DNA from: Nitrospirales bacterium
GTDB taxonomy: Bacteria > Nitrospirota > Nitrospiria > Nitrospirales > UBA8639
NCBI GenBank assembly: GCA_049607825.1
Contig: JBMYWX010000001.1
Span: 1 to 37,914 of the forward strand
Direction of reading: 5' to 3'
DNA length: 37,914 nucleotides
Shown here: positions 35,432-37,914 of the stretch, one piece after another
Position numbering within the stretch: the stretch's first letter is position 1
How the letters are laid out: every line of letters begins with the position of its first letter
Program-made: the position numbers and the translations under genes
Notes under the pieces: generated by a model
Seen by the model: only the letters and a program-made list of their open reading frames with translations
Told to the model about the DNA's origin: nothing
Database searches by the model: none

Positions 35432-37105
35432 TTAGACTCGAAACGTACTAACGAGCGCTTGCAAATCAGTCGCGAGAACACTTAAGTCATGACTCGCTCT
35501 TGCTGACTCAGTGACACCACCAGATGCTTCTCTTGAAGTTTGAGCGACGGCTTCCAGATCGCTAGCAATTTGTCGTGTTGCAGAAGACTGTTCTTCTGCC
35601 GCATCAGCAATCTGTTGAATCATCGACGTCGTTTGATTCACCATCGATTGAATCTTTTCAAGAGCATCTCCGGTCCTATTCGCTAACTCAACACCACCCA
35701 TCACTCGTTGAGTTCCATCCTCCATCGATGAAACAGCACTCTTTGTATCTTGTTGAATTTGTCGAATCATATCACCAATTTCTTTGGTCGCTTTGGTTGT
35801 CCGCTCCGCGAGCTTTCTGACTTCATCAGCCACCACCGCAAATCCTCGACCTTGTTCACCAGCTCGAGCCGCCTCAATCGCAGCATTCAATGCAAGAAGA
35901 TTTGTCTGATCAGCAATGTCTTCGATTGTTCGTACAATTTCTCCTATTTGGTCAGAAGATTGACCGAGCGTGATAATAATATTGGCAGACTGTCCAACAG
36001 CATCGGATACTTGTTGCATTCCCGTCACCGTTTGAGCCATTACTTCATGTCCTGTTTTGGCAGTCTCGGAAGTATCCTGAGCAATACGAGCCGCTTCCGT
36101 GGAATTTCGAGCCACTTCACTTGCGGTCATTGTCATTTCTTCAACTGCTGAGGCAGATTGAACCATTCGTGAGTTTTGTCCCTCGGTACTGTGTGAAAGT
36201 TCTTCTGAAGTAGCCGACAGTTCGGCAGCAGACGATGCAATGCGATTCGTTGCCTCTGAAACTTGCACCATCGACTTTTGCATTTTTTCAATAAAGAGAT
36301 TGAAGTATCTCGCTAATTCGCCAATTTCATCCTGACTGGTTACTGGAACACGCTTGGTTAGATCACCTTGTCCCTGAGCAATATCTCGTGAAATATTGGT
36401 GAGACCGACTAATGGAGCCAAGGCAAATTTTTGTATAAGCACATAAGCAAGAACCAAGCAAATCAAAATAATCCCCGTCAGGAGTCCTCCTGTTTGCATC
36501 AACGACGACATCATCCCTGCTTTCGCAGTCGTCATGGGCATCGACACGGACAAGAGACCAATTAAATCACCAACTTGTTTCCCAGTGTGACAACTGACAC
36601 ATGCTGACACTGATGCCCTATCTGCACTTGCCCGACGATACGTTAAGACTCCATTAAGCATTTCCTCTGTAGAATAGGAATCTGCTCCTCCTTTGATCTC
36701 CCGTATGGCTCTCATCTCAAAGTCATCGCTTGGAGCATTTACAGGATTCATGGGTTCATCGCTTATTAATCGCGCTTGAAAAATGCCTCGTTCTCCTAGA
36801 GACTTACCGATTTCTTGCGTTGCGGTTGCAGGAAACGGAATGGCAAGTGGATTAGCGCTATGCTCGCGTGCGACCACGACTTCAGAACCAAGAGTAGATT
36901 TTTTGATTTTCCCTACATAGTTCTTGGCAATATAGGCACGAGTAACTTCAACTTGGGCCTGGATCATTTCTCCCTGCTGTTCTAACAGATTATGTAGTCG
37001 ACTCTGCTCCTGATTGTAGAGAAAAACCTGACCAACCGTAATCATCACAGCGGCCATACACCCCAGTGATACAACTAATTTCATTCCGATATTCAAGCTC
37101 TTCAT
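35432..37105 (-). CDS. Methyl-accepting chemotaxis protein with a periplasmic CxxCH (haem-c, Tll0287/DUF3365-like) sensor domain and HAMP
   Basis: The layout is TM1, a periplasmic region of about 170 aa containing ACVSCHTG (36587..36601), TM2, HAMP ([24 protein letters not shown]), then the MCP signalling domain ([34 protein letters not shown]). ATG 37105 has AAAGGA 8 nt upstream. Confidence 0.9.
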   Translation of the reverse strand: MKSLNIGMKLVVSLGCMAAVMITVGQVFLYNQEQSRLHNLLEQQGEMIQAQVEVTRAYIAKNYVGKIKKSTLGSEVVVAREHSANPLAIPFPATATQEIGKSLGERGIFQARLISDEPMNPVNAPSDDFEMRAIREIKGGADSYSTEEMLNGVLTYRRASADRASVSACVSCHTGKQVGDLIGLLSVSMPMTTAKAGMMSSLMQTGGLLTGIILICLVLAYVLIQKFALAPLVGLTNISRDIAQGQGDLTKRVPVTSQDEIGELARYFNLFIEKMQKSMVQVSEATNRIASSAAELSATSEELSHSTEGQNSRMVQSASAVEEMTMTASEVARNSTEAARIAQDTSETAKTGHEVMAQTVTGMQQVSDAVGQSANIIITLGQSSDQIGEIVRTIEDIADQTNLLALNAAIEAARAGEQGRGFAVVADEVRKLAERTTKATKEIGDMIRQIQQDTKSAVSSMEDGTQRVMGGVELANRTGDALEKIQSMVNQTTSMIQQIADAAEEQSSATRQIASDLEAVAQTSREASGGVTESARASHDLSVLATDLQALVSTFRV

Positions 37106-37217
37106 CAACGCAATCCTTTCATGTAAGAAAAATGTCCCTTATAATCAATGTCATTTACTTCTGAAGTTGGAAACAACCTAAGAACGTCTGTAACTCAGAT
37201 GCCATTCGAACAAGATT

Positions 37218-37565
37218 TCAGGTTGCATATGCGACTTGTTCAATGCTCCTTTCATTTGGTTGAATCAAATAGGCAATGGATTGAGGGCGTTCTGCTATGT
37301 GACACGATACTTGAGATTGTTCAGGATATGAGCCAGAAATCTCATGGATCACCTCTGCAACTCGTTGCACGCCCGACACAATTCCATTAAATATTAGACA
37401 TGTCTCTTGAGCTAACTGTATGCCTTTTCGGATTTTGGCCATTCCAACCACTATGAAATGAGCGGTGGCAACGCCACACGCTTGAGACAACTGCTCTTGA
37501 CTAATCTGCGCCACTAACATAGGAATCAACCCAATTCTTGATAGACTCTGCCATAACAGTTTCAT
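37218..37565 (-). CDS. Hypothetical protein (115 aa) between cheV and the MCP gene
   Basis: The ORF fills the gap in the same orientation as its neighbours, with an AGGTG-like SD. I recognise no motif. Confidence 0.45.
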   Translation of the reverse strand: MKLLWQSLSRIGLIPMLVAQISQEQLSQACGVATAHFIVVGMAKIRKGIQLAQETCLIFNGIVSGVQRVAEVIHEISGSYPEQSQVSCHIAERPQSIAYLIQPNERSIEQVAYAT

Positions 37566-37599
37566 GGCTACACCTGTAATCCGTGATAAGATCTCATGA

Positions 37600-37914
37600 C
37601 TATGCTTTAGACATCCCTATATGTTGAACAAGCTTTTGTCGAAGAATTTTTGGGTCAAACTTTGTGACGAAATCTGTTACTCCAACTGACTTTCCTTTTT
37701 CGACATTACAACTTCCAGACAAAGAAGAGTGCATGAGAATAGGAACTTCTAGAAATCGAGGATCTTGACGAATATGTTTCGTCAGAGAAAACCCATCCAT
37801 TTCTGGCATTTCGATGTCGGTGAGTAATCCCTCAACATAGTCCGAAAGTGGTTGACCGGATTCTTCAGCAGTTTTCGCGTACAATCGTAAATGTTCAAGA
37901 GCTTCTTTTCCCGT
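37600..37914 (-). CDS. cheV: CheV-like protein, C-terminal receiver domain (5' end outside the window)
   Basis: The frame is open to the window edge (GKEALEHLRLYAKTAEESGQ...). Contains LLTDIEMPEMDGFSLTKHIR, PILMHSSLSG and DFVTKFDP, which is the CheV receiver pattern. The TTG start in the ORF track is internal. Confidence 0.8.
   Translation of the reverse strand, partial: TGKEALEHLRLYAKTAEESGQPLSDYVEGLLTDIEMPEMDGFSLTKHIRQDPRFLEVPILMHSSLSGSCNVEKGKSVGVTDFVTKFDPKILRQKLVQHIGMSKA

Noticed and set aside
117-36151. Numerous plus-strand ORFs of 60-167 aa in the track (e.g. 117..311, 3694..4095, 7386..7889, 12979..13269, 23531..23905, 28571..29032, 30944..31261, 35750..36151)
   Set aside because: Each lies antisense to, and entirely or largely inside, a long minus-strand gene with clear family motifs. 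Their translations are low-complexity or rich in Cys, Arg and Ser, with no recognisable motifs. They are shadow ORFs.
37189-37204. A sigma-54-like TGGCAT-N5-TTACA upstream of the MCP gene
   Set aside because: The -12 GC is replaced by AC. The evidence is insufficient without a PWM score or TSS data.
1-37914. A search for CRISPR repeats, tRNA/rRNA genes, IS elements, integrases, toxin-antitoxin or defence genes
   Set aside because: I saw no direct-repeat arrays, no cloverleaf-like segments in the intergenic DNA, and no transposase, integrase or nuclease-like translations. All long ORFs are accounted for by sugar, flagellar or chemotaxis functions.

Overview
Apart from one weak 90-codon ORF on the + strand, every credible gene in this window is on the minus strand. 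There are three blocks. (1) 57..19842 holds 19 co-directional sugar-phosphate and sugar-nucleotide enzymes. These include two diverged pairs of split transketolase subunits, a GmhA-like SIS isomerase, an HddA-like GHMP kinase, and a nucleotidyltransferase-PfkB kinase fusion whose domain order is reversed relative to HldE. The block also holds a HAD hydrolase, an APH-fold kinase, four SDR epimerase/dehydratases, a ColD/RfbH-type dehydratase carrying His in place of Lys, an Fcl-like epimerase/reductase, a NUDIX hydrolase, a B12-binding radical SAM enzyme, a 2-hydroxyacid dehydrogenase and an FAD oxidoreductase. No glycosyltransferase, flippase or polymerase is present. (2) 20237..31359 holds late flagellar genes: flgF-flgG-flgA-flgH-flgI-flgJ(rod-binding)-flgM-flgN-flgK-flgL, then a REC-GGDEF regulator, a decayed receiver gene, and fliW-csrA. 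(3) 31747..37914 holds motility and chemotaxis genes: cheV (partial), a hypothetical, an MCP with a CxxCH haem-c sensor domain, cheB, cheW, motA and a disrupted motB. L- and P-ring genes imply a diderm host. I found no rRNA, tRNA, CRISPR array, transposase or integrase. The main candidate for something new is the sugar block next to the flagellar genes, which may encode a heptose-derived or chain-extended/branched glycan, possibly for flagellin. Secondary points are three gene lesions (motB, the receiver, the kinase 5' end), a sigma-54 promoter and sigma-28-like promoters readable by eye, and the haem-type chemoreceptor. All family assignments come from motifs read in the translations. No database search was run.
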